A stretch of DNA of 28,789 nucleotides from Sulfurimonadaceae bacterium (GCA_041571435.1 JBFFUI010000028.1:1-28789), one strand, 5' to 3'. Shown: positions 16,127-26,473, counted from the first letter of the stretch. Numbers and translations are program-made. The notes: generated by a model from the sequence alone, not told the origin.

Positions 16127-18838
16127 CTAGACCTCCACGATCTCGCATCCCTCTTCCAGCATATAGACCAGATACCCGGAGACAACTCCGTCTGTTATCG
16201 ATGCGACTGCCTGCTTATAGAAACCGACCTGTTTATGGTACTGTTCACTGTGCCCTTTTGCCGACTTGTAGTCCATGATGACCCAGCCGTTTTCCTGCTG
16301 TACCAACAAGTCGATATAACGCAGTTCCCCCTTGTAGCTGATTGCTCTCTCTTTGGTTACGACACCGGTGCTTAGCTGTTTAAACCTGTCATCATTGACG
16401 AGATGCAGCACCCTCTTTTTAATACTTGCAAAATCCGCTGCGTCCAGATAGGCACCGTAACTGTTCATTGCGATATTTACCGCTTCATCTACAGCATCGC
16501 TGTTAAAGTCCGCCATCATCTCCAGCGTGTAGTGCAGCGCAAGACCGAACTCAATCGCATGCTGGTCTTTCTCCTCTACGCTCTCCTCTTTGAGCAGCTC
16601 GCTCTGTTGACCGTAATTACGTACTTCATAACGTAAGGGCTGTATGGCCTCTTGCGGCTTTGCGGCTCGCATCTCTATAATCTCCTGCCCCCAGGTCTGC
16701 TCCTCCAACGCCAGTGCCTCGAACTTGGAATCTTTTGACTTCTGGACAATATAGAGCCGTTTCTGCGCCCGGGTAAAGGCGACATACAAGGCATGCATCG
16801 CATCTTCATGTGTGAGCTGCTCTTCGTCTTCCAGTGCCTTGGCATAGGCCCGATCGAAACTTGCCCGTTTTTGCATCCGCAGGTAGATGTGCTGAAGTGC
16901 AATCCCGTCATACTGGTAAATGATCGTACTAGTGTCAGCTTTTGCACGCCCAAGACGGTCCATGACGATCACATTTTCAAACTCCAGTCCTTTCGACTTG
17001 TGTACGGTCAAAACACGCACGCCGTGGAGATCCGCCTGTGCCGCTGTCGCATCCAGCCGCTCGTATTCAAACAGAAACTGCTCGATATCGCTGTAATTGC
17101 CAAGCAACTGCAAAAAGAGCAGCAGGTTCAGATCACCGTCAAAAAGCCGGTACGTTTCGATCACTTTTAGCAGTTCACCCGCAAGGTCTCTGCTGTCAAT
17201 ATTGCACGGTGTCAACGGAGCGACCTCCAACTCCAACAGCGCAAAAAAATTGCGGGCATAGATGCTCTCGTTGAAATAGGAGTATTTCAAGTACTCTATC
17301 AGAGCACGGATGTTCTTCTGGTTGATCAGAAGCGAGGTCGTCTCAGTCACCACATCGATACCTGCTTCGCGCAAGAGGGCTTCAACCGCACTTCCGTCTC
17401 TGTTGGTCTGTGTCAGTACCGCAATGTTATCCGGGTTCTCGCCTTTCTCGATCAGTGCAAGGAGCTTCTCCGACATCCCTTCCAGGACCTCGTCGTTGTT
17501 GATGACCTCGACATACCCTTCACCCGCTTTCTCACGGACCAGCTGCGCTCTGTAGTTCTTGATCTTCTGATCAAAGACCTTGTTGACAAAGTGTACGATA
17601 TTGGCATCACTGCGGTAGTTGGTCAGCAGGTTGTCAACCGTCACGCCGTACTTGTCGGTCACATGGTAGAAAAGCTCTTTCGTGCCGCCTCTAAAACGGT
17701 AGATAGACTGTTTCACATCCCCGACGATAAAGAGCGAATTGCGTTCACTCATCCCTTTGCCCGAAGCGATCTCGTCGATAATAGGTTTGAGTATCTCAAA
17801 CTGCACGACAGACGTATCCTGAAACTCATCCAGCAGGACATGGGCGATCTTCGCATCGAGGCGGAAGTACAGGAACTCACTATCCACACGCTCTTTAAGC
17901 AGCATGTAGACCAGGTTGGTGATGTCATCAAACGAGAGTTCACTGTCCTCTTTCGCCACCATCATCTTTGCCTCTTCATAGATGTCGAGCAGTCCGAACA
18001 TCGCATGGAAGAAGTGGGCCTCTTTCGCCTTCATGTAGTCGGGAAGCAATATCTGAATGGCGTGCAACCGTTCATCCATATCGCTAACGTAGCCTTTTTT
18101 ATACTGCCAATACGCCAGCGTCTCTTTCTCTATCCAGGCCTTGGAGAGTATGTCGTCCACACTCTCGCAGTTCATTGTTTTTTTGGCGCCGTCCGACATG
18201 CTCGATGCCAATACCATTGCCTGCAGACTTGAAAAGTTTGCCATGATCTCGTTTTCAATGGCAAGGTAGTTGCTCTCTTGAAAGATTTGTGACTGTAACT
18301 CTTTACGTTTGCCGTAGAGCTCGTTGAGAAGAGAGAAGATATCCGACAGGCGTTTTGATGCCATCGTCGACAGTGCGATCAGTGCGCTCTCTTTTCCCTT
18401 TACATTCACCAGGGTCAAGAAACGTGCCATGATCTTAAGCTCATGCTGTGAAGCGAAGGTGGAAAAGGTCGGCATCAATCCTGCATGAAGAGAGAACTTT
18501 CGCAGGATTTTGGCAAAGAACTTGTCAATGGTCATCACTTTCGCATCCGACTTTAGAAACTGTTCCAATACACCCTTACGTAGCCCCAGCAAGGTCTCCA
18601 CGTCGATGCCGGTCACACGAGAGACTTCGAAACGCTCATCACGCTCATGAAAATGCATCAACGTCTCTATGATCCGCTCCTGCATCTCATTGGCCGCTTT
18701 GTTGGTAAAGGTCAAGGCCAGGACCTTTTCTGCCTCTTCGCCCATAAAAAGAAGCGATAGATAACGCACGACCAGCGAGAATGTCTTGCCCGCCCCGGCA
18801 CTGGCCTCATACGCATGAAAAGGGATAAACTCACTCAT
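16127..18838 (-). CDS. addA: AddA / RecB-like ATP-dependent helicase-nuclease
   Basis: ASAGAGKT, TFTNKAA, DEFQDT, VGDVKQSIYRFRG, TVHKSKGLEF and YVAFTRA helicase motifs; C-terminal IDLL..MDYKS nuclease motif. Confidence 0.95.
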   Translation of the reverse strand: MSEFIPFHAYEASAGAGKTFSLVVRYLSLLFMGEEAEKVLALTFTNKAANEMQERIIETLMHFHERDERFEVSRVTGIDVETLLGLRKGVLEQFLKSDAKVMTIDKFFAKILRKFSLHAGLMPTFSTFASQHELKIMARFLTLVNVKGKESALIALSTMASKRLSDIFSLLNELYGKRKELQSQIFQESNYLAIENEIMANFSSLQAMVLASSMSDGAKKTMNCESVDDILSKAWIEKETLAYWQYKKGYVSDMDERLHAIQILLPDYMKAKEAHFFHAMFGLLDIYEEAKMMVAKEDSELSFDDITNLVYMLLKERVDSEFLYFRLDAKIAHVLLDEFQDTSVVQFEILKPIIDEIASGKGMSERNSLFIVGDVKQSIYRFRGGTKELFYHVTDKYGVTVDNLLTNYRSDANIVHFVNKVFDQKIKNYRAQLVREKAGEGYVEVINNDEVLEGMSEKLLALIEKGENPDNIAVLTQTNRDGSAVEALLREAGIDVVTETTSLLINQKNIRALIEYLKYSYFNESIYARNFFALLELEVAPLTPCNIDSRDLAGELLKVIETYRLFDGDLNLLLFLQLLGNYSDIEQFLFEYERLDATAAQADLHGVRVLTVHKSKGLEFENVIVMDRLGRAKADTSTIIYQYDGIALQHIYLRMQKRASFDRAYAKALEDEEQLTHEDAMHALYVAFTRAQKRLYIVQKSKDSKFEALALEEQTWGQEIIEMRAAKPQEAIQPLRYEVRNYGQQSELLKEESVEEKDQHAIEFGLALHYTLEMMADFNSDAVDEAVNIAMNSYGAYLDAADFASIKKRVLHLVNDDRFKQLSTGVVTKERAISYKGELRYIDLLVQQENGWVIMDYKSAKGHSEQYHKQVGFYKQAVASITDGVVSGYLVYMLEEGCEIVEV

Positions 18839-21183
18839 TACAACCCCCTTTGACAGAGATAGGCATATTCACAGTAACTGCAGTCACTCAATTTCTCTGT
18901 CATCTCAAAATCAAAATGCTTTGTCTCCCGGAGTTCATCCAGCAGACTATAGAGCTTTTCGAGTTTTTCATGCAGAACCGGTTCATAAACGATCTTGCCG
19001 CTGTTCAAATCATAAAAACCGCAGTTCTCTACCTCCCCCAGAGTCGAAGCGAGAAGGTAGTAGAACTCCAGCTGAAAATCTTTCGCGTTCTCAAGGGTCT
19101 TGACAGTGTAGGTCGCATATTTGCCGCTTTTGTAATCCAATACTTCAAGACCGTCGGGCGTGCTGTCGATCCGGTCGATCACACCGGCAAGCTTGATCCC
19201 GTTGACCTCTCGCTCCACTTTCTTCTCGCACGAATGGACACGTACCTCTTTGAAGCGTTCTATCTCATGCGCCAAAAACGGTTCAAGACGTTTCATCCAG
19301 AGTTTATGCAGGTATTTGTCCAGAACACTGTTGCCGCTGCATTGATCGAGCGCTTTGGAGACCGCTTTTTTGAGCCGTTCGATATCACTGAAATGGTCCT
19401 GCTCTTCGTAGACGATCTTCAGCGCCTCATGCAGTGCCGTGCCGATCTCATGCTCTTTTGGCATATCCTGGGCGATCTCATGGTCTTTAATGCCCTCGAT
19501 ATATTTATGGTAGAACTTGCGTCGACAGGTTAAAAAGGTCTTTAAGCCTGTTGCGGAGAGCGAACGTTTTGTAAAGTCATAGTCACCTTCAATCGGCGTC
19601 AGCGGTTCTTTTTGATAGCTCTCTATCGGCATGATGACAGGGGCATAGAGCTCATCTCTCTGTGTTGCAGTGTTATCCACTCCTAGCTGTGTCAAAAAAC
19701 GCGAGGCAACGGCGTCTGTCGAACTGACATAGGCAATCATCACCTGTGAGGCTTGTGTAAAGAGCGCATGGTAGTAGAGCTTTTGCAGATCTTCACGCTC
19801 GCTTGTCGTCGGCAGGCCTGCATTGCGCCTAGTCGTTGAATTCAGAAAAAGATCTTTTTCGCTCTTTCGCGGCACAACACCTTCATTGAAGTTCACCACG
19901 ATAACACCTTCATACTCCACCAGACGTGTCTCCAAGACCCCCATGACGGTAATTTTTCCGCCGCGCACGTCATCAATCGTCTTTGATTTCAAACGATTCG
20001 TAAAGAGGTGCAGAGCGGACTTCAACGGTGCTTCGCCCAAGACGGGTATGATCTTCTCGAAATAGTACAACTCTTCGCGTACAATGTCGATCACAGCCTT
20101 GTCATGTTCCTTCTCTAGAAATGGCTCCATCAATGCTGCGAAGTCAAGCGTGGAGACAGGTGCGCGGTAGCTGCTATAGAGGTTTTCGAGCAGTTCAGCA
20201 CCGACACGGTTAAGCCGGGCCGTGTTTTCTACCGTCCTGTTTTCCAGATACTGCATCACCGCCTCAAGACGCTCCATAAAGAGGCTTTGTGTGAGTGGTA
20301 TTCCCATCGCAAAGTTGAAATTACCTTCCTGATCAAAACGCCGGAGATGCTGTGCAAAACTTTCATCCGGCAGCACGACGACGATCTTTTCCGGTGCTAT
20401 TCCCTGCTCTATCAGCGCGAAGACTTTCTGCTTCACAAACCCGACCTGCAGCAGTGACTGCGAGAAGCTCTCCACTGTTGCATTGATCTCTTCTTTGACA
20501 GGTGTGACACCCTCAACGGCTAAGGTCTGCAGATTGATACGTTGCGCACTCTCCGCAGCTATAGAGACACCCATATCTTGCAGTTTCTTTGTCAGTTTGG
20601 CATTAAATCGGTTGGCACTGTAGTGCAGCGTAAGCGGCACAAGCGCGGCACACTCTGTCAACACTTTCAACTCGAAATTAGTCAGGTATCCGAGTGCATA
20701 AAGCTCAATGTCGCCCAGTGTTCTCAAATAGCTTTCATTGAGTCTGTATTTCTGCGGCAGGAAGATCGGGTCCAGGATCTTCTTCTCTTCACAGAGATCT
20801 CTGTAGCGGTTGTAGAGCTCCTGCAAAATCGTAATATGCTCTTCATAATCCCCGTAAGTGTCTGCAAACTCAAGACTCTCCATCTCGACCAGTTCTCCGG
20901 TCAGCTCTTCAAAAAAACGAAAGAGGTAGCTTGCATTTTGGGTAAAGGTAAAGAAATTTCGCTCGATATTCAGTGCAGCAAAGTTTTTAAACGCTGCGGC
21001 TTCAAGCAACAGAAGTGTCCTGGTATCCTCATCAACGCGGTGATAGCTCTCGACATGCAGCACGCGCTGTAAAAACTCGCCGATCGTCAGATAGTTTGGC
21101 AAAAAACCATCTTCAGCCTGCTCTTTGATAATATGCGATCTGATAGCACGAGAGGTCGGAAAGATAGTGGTTTTTGCGCTCAT
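18838..21183 (-). CDS. addB: AddB, PD-(D/E)XK nuclease subunit with Fe-S cluster
   Basis: MGVLETR and GVIDRID..LDYKSG motifs; Fe-S cysteines TCRRKF ... CSYCEYAYLC; TAATG coupling to addA. Confidence 0.92.
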   Translation of the reverse strand: MSAKTTIFPTSRAIRSHIIKEQAEDGFLPNYLTIGEFLQRVLHVESYHRVDEDTRTLLLLEAAAFKNFAALNIERNFFTFTQNASYLFRFFEELTGELVEMESLEFADTYGDYEEHITILQELYNRYRDLCEEKKILDPIFLPQKYRLNESYLRTLGDIELYALGYLTNFELKVLTECAALVPLTLHYSANRFNAKLTKKLQDMGVSIAAESAQRINLQTLAVEGVTPVKEEINATVESFSQSLLQVGFVKQKVFALIEQGIAPEKIVVVLPDESFAQHLRRFDQEGNFNFAMGIPLTQSLFMERLEAVMQYLENRTVENTARLNRVGAELLENLYSSYRAPVSTLDFAALMEPFLEKEHDKAVIDIVREELYYFEKIIPVLGEAPLKSALHLFTNRLKSKTIDDVRGGKITVMGVLETRLVEYEGVIVVNFNEGVVPRKSEKDLFLNSTTRRNAGLPTTSEREDLQKLYYHALFTQASQVMIAYVSSTDAVASRFLTQLGVDNTATQRDELYAPVIMPIESYQKEPLTPIEGDYDFTKRSLSATGLKTFLTCRRKFYHKYIEGIKDHEIAQDMPKEHEIGTALHEALKIVYEEQDHFSDIERLKKAVSKALDQCSGNSVLDKYLHKLWMKRLEPFLAHEIERFKEVRVHSCEKKVEREVNGIKLAGVIDRIDSTPDGLEVLDYKSGKYATYTVKTLENAKDFQLEFYYLLASTLGEVENCGFYDLNSGKIVYEPVLHEKLEKLYSLLDELRETKHFDFEMTEKLSDCSYCEYAYLCQRGL

Positions 21184-21210
21184 CGTTACCCTTGTTTTTG
21201 CGTGTCAGTT

Positions 21211-21216
21211 ATTATA
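21211..21216 (-). promoter_or_regulatory. Putative -10 (TATAAT) of addBA
   Basis: GATTATAAT about 28 nt upstream of the addB ATG. Confidence 0.5.
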
Positions 21217-21325
21217 ATCAATTTAGAGAAATAAGCCTGATTTTTTTGCAATAGGAAAGAGGTCTGGAAAAGTACCCTATGGTGGAGCACCTGAACAGTG
21301 CTCTTTACAGCGGTGAAGGTATTGG

Positions 21326-21835
21326 TTAAAACTCGAACGCGTTTGGCTGGCGTGTATCCGCTTTTAGGTTATAGTAACGTTCATTCTCATCGATAGCCAC
21401 ATGTGCCATAATGTTCCAGCGTCCCTCCAAAGGAAGTTTGCCCGCTTTAAACGTATAGAGACCGTTTTCAACCATTGGCTTGTCCATAATGATGTCGCTG
21501 TCACGATTGTCCGGACGTGTCAACACGATCTTGACTTTCGCATTATTCACCGGCACACCTGTAACATCCGTCACTTTGTAACTGACGACCGCATCATTGA
21601 GATCAAGCTTCTCGCTGGCATAACTAATTTTATACTTTCTGTTAAATACGATCTTTGCCTCAATAAAGTGGTTCGCATTTCTATCATAATGGTGATAATC
21701 TTGCATGTTCAAGTCACTCATCTCTACCGGATTTTCCAAAGCAACCACGACTGTCATCACGGATGCCCCTACAATCAACAGGATGGAGATAACGATGGCG
21801 TATGGCCAGATGCGCCCTTGGGACTCTTTACTCAT
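21326..21835 (-). CDS. FixH/CcoH-like cbb3 oxidase assembly protein
   Basis: Start placed at ATG 21835 (MSKESQGRIWPYAI..., 169 aa), overlapping the upstream stop. One TM helix, then LTRP and LPLEGRW of FixH/YtkA-like domains; last gene of the cco cluster. Confidence 0.8.
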   Translation of the reverse strand: MSKESQGRIWPYAIVISILLIVGASVMTVVVALENPVEMSDLNMQDYHHYDRNANHFIEAKIVFNRKYKISYASEKLDLNDAVVSYKVTDVTGVPVNNAKVKIVLTRPDNRDSDIIMDKPMVENGLYTFKAGKLPLEGRWNIMAHVAIDENERYYNLKADTRQPNAFEF

Positions 21836-22541
21836 GATCTGTCTCACTCTCTTCTCGTTTTTTCGCACGGCGTCTGCCGCGGAAGTAGCCGAATATGGCA
21901 AACAGGATTGTGCCGTAAAAAATATAACGGATGACATCAATTGCAATCTGGTTTCCGCTTCCGGCCGCGCTCTCTAGCACAACACCTCTTGAATCGGCGA
22001 TCTGCTCTGCAATCTCGGAATAGCCGTTGAACATCGCCACAGCATATTTGTTGACGATGTCATCTCCCTTTGCCCGCTCGGCCAATATCGGAAGAATAAC
22101 GCCGCCGTAACTGCTCATAAACTCTTTAACATCATCAAAGTTTCTTGCAAACATGATGGAGCTGACGACAGCACCGATAAAACTGGCATTCGGGCTTAGG
22201 ATCATCTCTTTGTCAAAATCGTTGTAGAGCGCCGTCGGATTGGCAAGGATCTGGACCTGCTTCTTCAGCTCTACAAAACTCAGTATAACGGCCGGCTGCT
22301 TAAGCTCTTTGGCAAGTTCCAGCTCATAGTCTGCAAGCGTCTGGTTCTCTTCCAGGTCTCTGACCATCACCAGGTAGAGAGAGACACCTGTTTTATCATA
22401 AAGCTCTTTACCGATCTCTTCGATCTCTGCTGTGAACGTTTCTCTTTGAACAACATCATCCTTATATAGATACTCTGCAAAAAGTGAAGTGGAAAAAAGA
22501 AGAGTGAAGATGAGGGCCGCTAGCCCTCGTGTGTTACGCAA
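21828..22541 (-). CDS. TPM-like domain membrane protein of the cco cluster
   Basis: Signal peptide, IGKELYDKTGVSLYLV, AMFNGYSEIAEQIA, C-terminal TM helix with a basic tail; TTG start. Confidence 0.7.
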   Translation of the reverse strand: MRNTRGLAALIFTLLFSTSLFAEYLYKDDVVQRETFTAEIEEIGKELYDKTGVSLYLVMVRDLEENQTLADYELELAKELKQPAVILSFVELKKQVQILANPTALYNDFDKEMILSPNASFIGAVVSSIMFARNFDDVKEFMSSYGGVILPILAERAKGDDIVNKYAVAMFNGYSEIAEQIADSRGVVLESAAGSGNQIAIDVIRYIFYGTILFAIFGYFRGRRRAKKREESETDHE

Positions 22542-22551
22542 CTAAGTTACC

Positions 22552-22653
22552 TTAGCCGACGAACAGGTGATTTGGAGTAACAACCGCATACAGTGTGTAT
22601 GCTGCTGAAATGATCAAAGCAATTGTAATAATTTTATCCATATATTGATTCAT
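22552..22653 (-). CDS. Small single-TM protein of the cco cluster (33 aa; MNQYMDKIITIALIISAAYTLYAVVTPNHLFVG)
   Basis: Read directly from the sequence. AAGGAG RBS 6 nt upstream (an in-frame ATG at 22656 is the alternative start); the ORF fills the gap between its neighbours. Confidence 0.8.
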   Translation of the reverse strand: MNQYMDKIITIALIISAAYTLYAVVTPNHLFVG

Positions 22654-22663
22654 CATTAGCTCC

Positions 22664-22873
22664 TTATTTAACATCTACAACATGAGCACCAGATGTCGGA
22701 TCAATCATCTTGATCGTTGTCGGATTCTCTATTTTGTAAAAGTTGTTAGCGTTCGCATTCTGTGTACTAAGACCAAGGACAGTCAGACCTGCCAAGATAC
22801 TAAGTAGCAAAACAGTCGCGATCAGCATTCCAGTGATACCATCTAAAACGAATAAACCTCTGTTTTCATTCAT
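22664..22873 (-). CDS. DUF4006 family small membrane protein (cco cluster)
   Basis: MNENRGLFVLDGITGMLIATVLLLSIL is the characteristic DUF4006 N-terminus; directly after ccoP. Confidence 0.85.
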   Translation of the reverse strand: MNENRGLFVLDGITGMLIATVLLLSILAGLTVLGLSTQNANANNFYKIENPTTIKMIDPTSGAHVVDVK

Positions 22874-22883
22874 AATGGACTCC

Positions 22884-23786
22884 TTATTTGCTTAGGCTAG
22901 TGACATAAGCACTAACTGCTTCGATTTGTTTGGCGTTCAGACGGTCTGCGAATTTAGGCATCGTACCGATAGCACCTTTTTTACCATGTGTAAGTACATT
23001 GGTAACTAAAGTGTTGTTGAACCCGTTAAGTTGCGGTCCAACACCCTCTATACCTTCACCGGCAGCACCATGACATCCGGCACATACACCAAACATCGCA
23101 GGCTCTGTACCTTTAAGACCATTGCCAACATAAGCAGAGATCTCGTCAATGTCAGCTGCACTAAGACCAAGATCTGTTCCTGAAGGCATCGGGAACTCGA
23201 AACCAAGAAGCTGGCTGTTTGAACCGTTCTCTAGAACGTTCTTCACAACTACTGCTTCAAGACGCTGGTTAAGGTTTGCTGCCTTGCCATCAATACCATC
23301 AGCCGTTATACCGTGACACACTTTACATTCAGCCAAGAAGACAGATTCACCCATCTCAACCAAAGTATCAGCATCCATATCTGCATATTTTGCTTGAAAC
23401 TTATCATTGTGCGCTGCCACATCTTTATTATACTCACCGATTTGAGAGTATGCATTTACTGGGTAACCAAAATGGAAATACCACAATGCCCAAATGATCA
23501 GACCAAAGAAAATAAGTGCCCAACCTGCAGGCAGCTCATTTTTATACTCTCCGATACCGTCCCAGTTCTCTTCTGCCAATTTACCTGTAGCAGTATCATT
23601 TTGCATTTGACGTACATATTTAATGACAACAAATACTGAAATGACAACAAGTGCTACTGCACCTGTAACTGCAAGCGTATTGACGATATCATTATTCAAG
23701 CCGCCTTCTGAGCCACCAACAGAAAAGTATGTCAGTGCCAACATAAGAACGACAAAGATAATTCCACCAAGCGTAAGCTTATTCAT
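22884..23786 (-). CDS. ccoP: cbb3-type cytochrome c oxidase subunit III
   Basis: WDGIGEYKNELPAGW and YSQIGEY motifs; two heme motifs, CKVCH and CAGCH. Confidence 0.95.
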   Translation of the reverse strand: MNKLTLGGIIFVVLMLALTYFSVGGSEGGLNNDIVNTLAVTGAVALVVISVFVVIKYVRQMQNDTATGKLAEENWDGIGEYKNELPAGWALIFFGLIIWALWYFHFGYPVNAYSQIGEYNKDVAAHNDKFQAKYADMDADTLVEMGESVFLAECKVCHGITADGIDGKAANLNQRLEAVVVKNVLENGSNSQLLGFEFPMPSGTDLGLSAADIDEISAYVGNGLKGTEPAMFGVCAGCHGAAGEGIEGVGPQLNGFNNTLVTNVLTHGKKGAIGTMPKFADRLNAKQIEAVSAYVTSLSK

Positions 23787-24003
23787 TTTTATCTCCTACC
23801 TTTTTTGTCTCTTTATCAGAGACCTTGTTTACCGGTTCATCGGTAATGTCATCATTGAGTGCCATATTGCCATACTCTTCATAATCAACACCGGTCGCAT
23901 CTTTTTTCTTACTGTAAAGATGATAGATATACCCGTATAGGGCAATTACCATAAATACAGTGAAAAAGAAGTAACCGTACGCCTGAAATGTTGCAATATC
24001 CAC
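23779..24003 (-). CDS. ccoQ: cbb3-type cytochrome c oxidase subunit IV
   Basis: One TM helix, LYGYIYHLY...DYEEYGNMALNDD; GTG start with AGGAG RBS. Confidence 0.92.
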   Translation of the reverse strand: MDIATFQAYGYFFFTVFMVIALYGYIYHLYSKKKDATGVDYEEYGNMALNDDITDEPVNKVSDKETKKVGDKNE

Positions 24004-24014
24004 CTATGACTCCT

Positions 24015-24707
24015 CTATTTCAAACTGTTCATATACGCGATAATCGCTACGATCTCTGGGATCTTGCCAGCAGCTACAGCATCCTGAACACTTTTATCTT
24101 TCATGTCCGCTGCAACCAGCTTAGCCTCTTCCAATGCAGATGCTTCTGCATCAACAAGGGAACCCGCAAGTGCGACAGTCTCAGTTGTGCCGTCTTTCAT
24201 AGGAACAGCTTGATTATATGGTACAGAGAAGAAATCTCTAACAGTAACTTGCTCAGCATAAGCCGTAGCAATATCTGCTTCGTTTTCAAACATCCATGGG
24301 TACCCTGGCATAAGCGAACCAGGAACAACAGATTGAGGTTCTCTCATGTGGTTCTCGTGCCAGTCTGTTGTACGGTAGTTTCCTACACGGTGAAGGTCTG
24401 GACCTGTACGCTTCGAACCCCATAGGAATGGACGGTCATACGCATATTCGCCACTTAAAGAGTAATCACCATAACGGTCAGTCTCTGCTTTAAACGGACG
24501 GATGAGCTGTGAGTGACATGCATTACAAGAGTTCTTGATATACACGTGACGGCCAGCCAACTCAAGAGTTGTGTACGGCTTTGTACCGATGACAGGACGT
24601 GATGCCTGTGCAAAGTTAGGCACGATCTCAATAAGACCGGCAAACGCGATAGTAACAAATACACCAACTGCAAAGAAGAATGGGTGTTTTTCTAACCAAT
24701 GAAACAT
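24015..24707 (-). CDS. ccoO: cbb3-type cytochrome c oxidase subunit II
   Basis: CNACHSQLIRPF, WGSKRTGPDL and SLMPGY motifs. Confidence 0.97.
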   Translation of the reverse strand: MFHWLEKHPFFFAVGVFVTIAFAGLIEIVPNFAQASRPVIGTKPYTTLELAGRHVYIKNSCNACHSQLIRPFKAETDRYGDYSLSGEYAYDRPFLWGSKRTGPDLHRVGNYRTTDWHENHMREPQSVVPGSLMPGYPWMFENEADIATAYAEQVTVRDFFSVPYNQAVPMKDGTTETVALAGSLVDAEASALEEAKLVAADMKDKSVQDAVAAGKIPEIVAIIAYMNSLK

Positions 24708-24721
24708 ATTATCCCCTTTCC

Positions 24722-26203
24722 TTACGCTGCCATAGGTGAAGCGTTTTGAAGTTCATTTTCTTCAACGCGACGACCCGCAGTCATAGTTTTGTACATGTTC
24801 CATGCAAACAAGAACATACCCACTAGGTAAAGTGTACCACCAACTGCACGGATAGTGTAGTATGGGTGAAGTACAGTAACTGTATCGATGAATGAGTAAG
24901 CAAGGTTACCGAACTCATCGTGTGCACGCCACATCATACCTTGAGTAATACCCGCGATCCACATAGAAGTAAAGTAAAGAACAACACCCAGTGTCTGTAC
25001 CCAGAACTGCGTGTTCATCAATGACTTAGAATAGATCTCACGTTTGAATACACGTGGAGTCATGTGGAAAAGTGCCGCCATAATCATGAATGCAACCCAT
25101 CCGAGAACACCGTCATGAACGTGACCAATGATCCAGTCCGTAAAGTGCGCGATTGCATTTACTGATTTGATCGCCTGGATAGGACCTTCTAGAGTAGAGA
25201 ACATATAGAATGTCGAAGCAAGCACCATAAACTTGATCAGTGGTGAACTTGCAACTTGTTGCCACTCACCCTTCATTGTTAGAAGCATGTTGATCGCAGA
25301 ACCCCAAGACGGAAGGATCAGTACTACCGAGAATACTGAACCCATTGTTTGCATCCAGTCAGGTACCGTTGAGAAAAGAAGGTGGTGACCACCGGCCCAA
25401 AGGTAAACGAACATAAGTCCCCAGAAAGAGAGTAGTGAAAGCTTGTATGAGAAAACCGCCTGACCAGACTCTTTAGGCAGGAAGTAGTAGATCATCGCAA
25501 CGATAGGCACAGTAAATCCGAATGCGACCGCATTGTGACCGTACCACCACTGTACTAGCGCATCGTTAGTACCAGAATACATTGATACTGAGTGCCACCA
25601 TGCACCGATTCCGCCTGAAGCGAAGTACGTTGGAATTTCCATGTTGTTGAAAACGTAAAGCATAGCTATACCAAGGAAAGTCGCAATGTAATACCAGATA
25701 GAGATGTAGAGTGATTTTTCACGGCGCATACCGATCAGACCGAAGAGGCCCATACCCCAGATAACCCATACAATAACGATAGCGATATCGATTGGCCATT
25801 CGAACTCTGCGTACTCTTTTGAAGTAGTAATACCTAAAAGAAGAGAAACAACAACAGCAACTACACCGACTAGGTATAACCAAAAGTGAAGTTTTCCCAA
25901 GAACATCAAGAACTTAGACTCCGCCATTGATACTTTAAGCACACGCTGACCAACATAGTACCAAGTAGCCCAAATACCACTAAGGGTAAAACCAAAGATA
26001 ACCGCATCCGTGTGCAGTGGACGAAGACGAGAGAAGTTTGTATACTCCGCTACACCACTACCCAAGATCGTATTGACACTTGGAAATGCAAGTTGCCAAG
26101 CCAAAATAACACCGACTAGCATACCGACAATTCCGAGCAACACTGTTGTAAGCATAAACATTTTAGCTACAGTGTAATCATACTCTAAAGGACGATTTTC
26201 CAT
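24722..26203 (-). CDS. ccoN: cbb3-type cytochrome c oxidase subunit I
   Basis: RLRPLHT, QWWYGHNAVAF, WAGGHHL and IGHVHDG heme/CuB ligand motifs. Confidence 0.98.
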   Translation of the reverse strand: MENRPLEYDYTVAKMFMLTTVLLGIVGMLVGVILAWQLAFPSVNTILGSGVAEYTNFSRLRPLHTDAVIFGFTLSGIWATWYYVGQRVLKVSMAESKFLMFLGKLHFWLYLVGVVAVVVSLLLGITTSKEYAEFEWPIDIAIVIVWVIWGMGLFGLIGMRREKSLYISIWYYIATFLGIAMLYVFNNMEIPTYFASGGIGAWWHSVSMYSGTNDALVQWWYGHNAVAFGFTVPIVAMIYYFLPKESGQAVFSYKLSLLSFWGLMFVYLWAGGHHLLFSTVPDWMQTMGSVFSVVLILPSWGSAINMLLTMKGEWQQVASSPLIKFMVLASTFYMFSTLEGPIQAIKSVNAIAHFTDWIIGHVHDGVLGWVAFMIMAALFHMTPRVFKREIYSKSLMNTQFWVQTLGVVLYFTSMWIAGITQGMMWRAHDEFGNLAYSFIDTVTVLHPYYTIRAVGGTLYLVGMFLFAWNMYKTMTAGRRVEENELQNASPMAA

Positions 26204-26473
26204 TTACAGCCTCCTAATAAATTCAAAGCGTAAGAACCCGTTTTTTTGAAAAAAGGGTTTTTAGACACTACGATAATAGCTATTGTTATGTTTAATATTT
26301 CTTAATTAACATCAGTTTGGCCATGTTGTACAATTTATATAATATATTTAAGTAGTATTTAAGTATTGTGGGAAAAAAAGAAACACTGAAAAAGAGGCAC
26401 AAAAGGCCTTATAGAGGGAAGTCCGACTAAATTGAGGCTTTAATCATCAAAAGTAAAGTTCAATAAGGTTTTC

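Noticed and set aside
17591-18232. 213-aa plus-strand ORF (also 18850-19533, 20542-21072, 21401-21934, 8469-8960 and similar)
   Set aside because: Antisense shadows of well-supported genes with no recognisable motifs.
16127-21183. Helicase plus Cas4-like Fe-S nuclease as a defence system
   Set aside because: Motifs, sizes and position between cco and rplM fit the housekeeping AddAB repair complex.
21836-21946. N-terminal extension of the FixH-like ORF
   Set aside because: It overlaps the upstream gene by more than 100 nt; ATG 21835 gives a typical short overlap and a family-like N-terminus.
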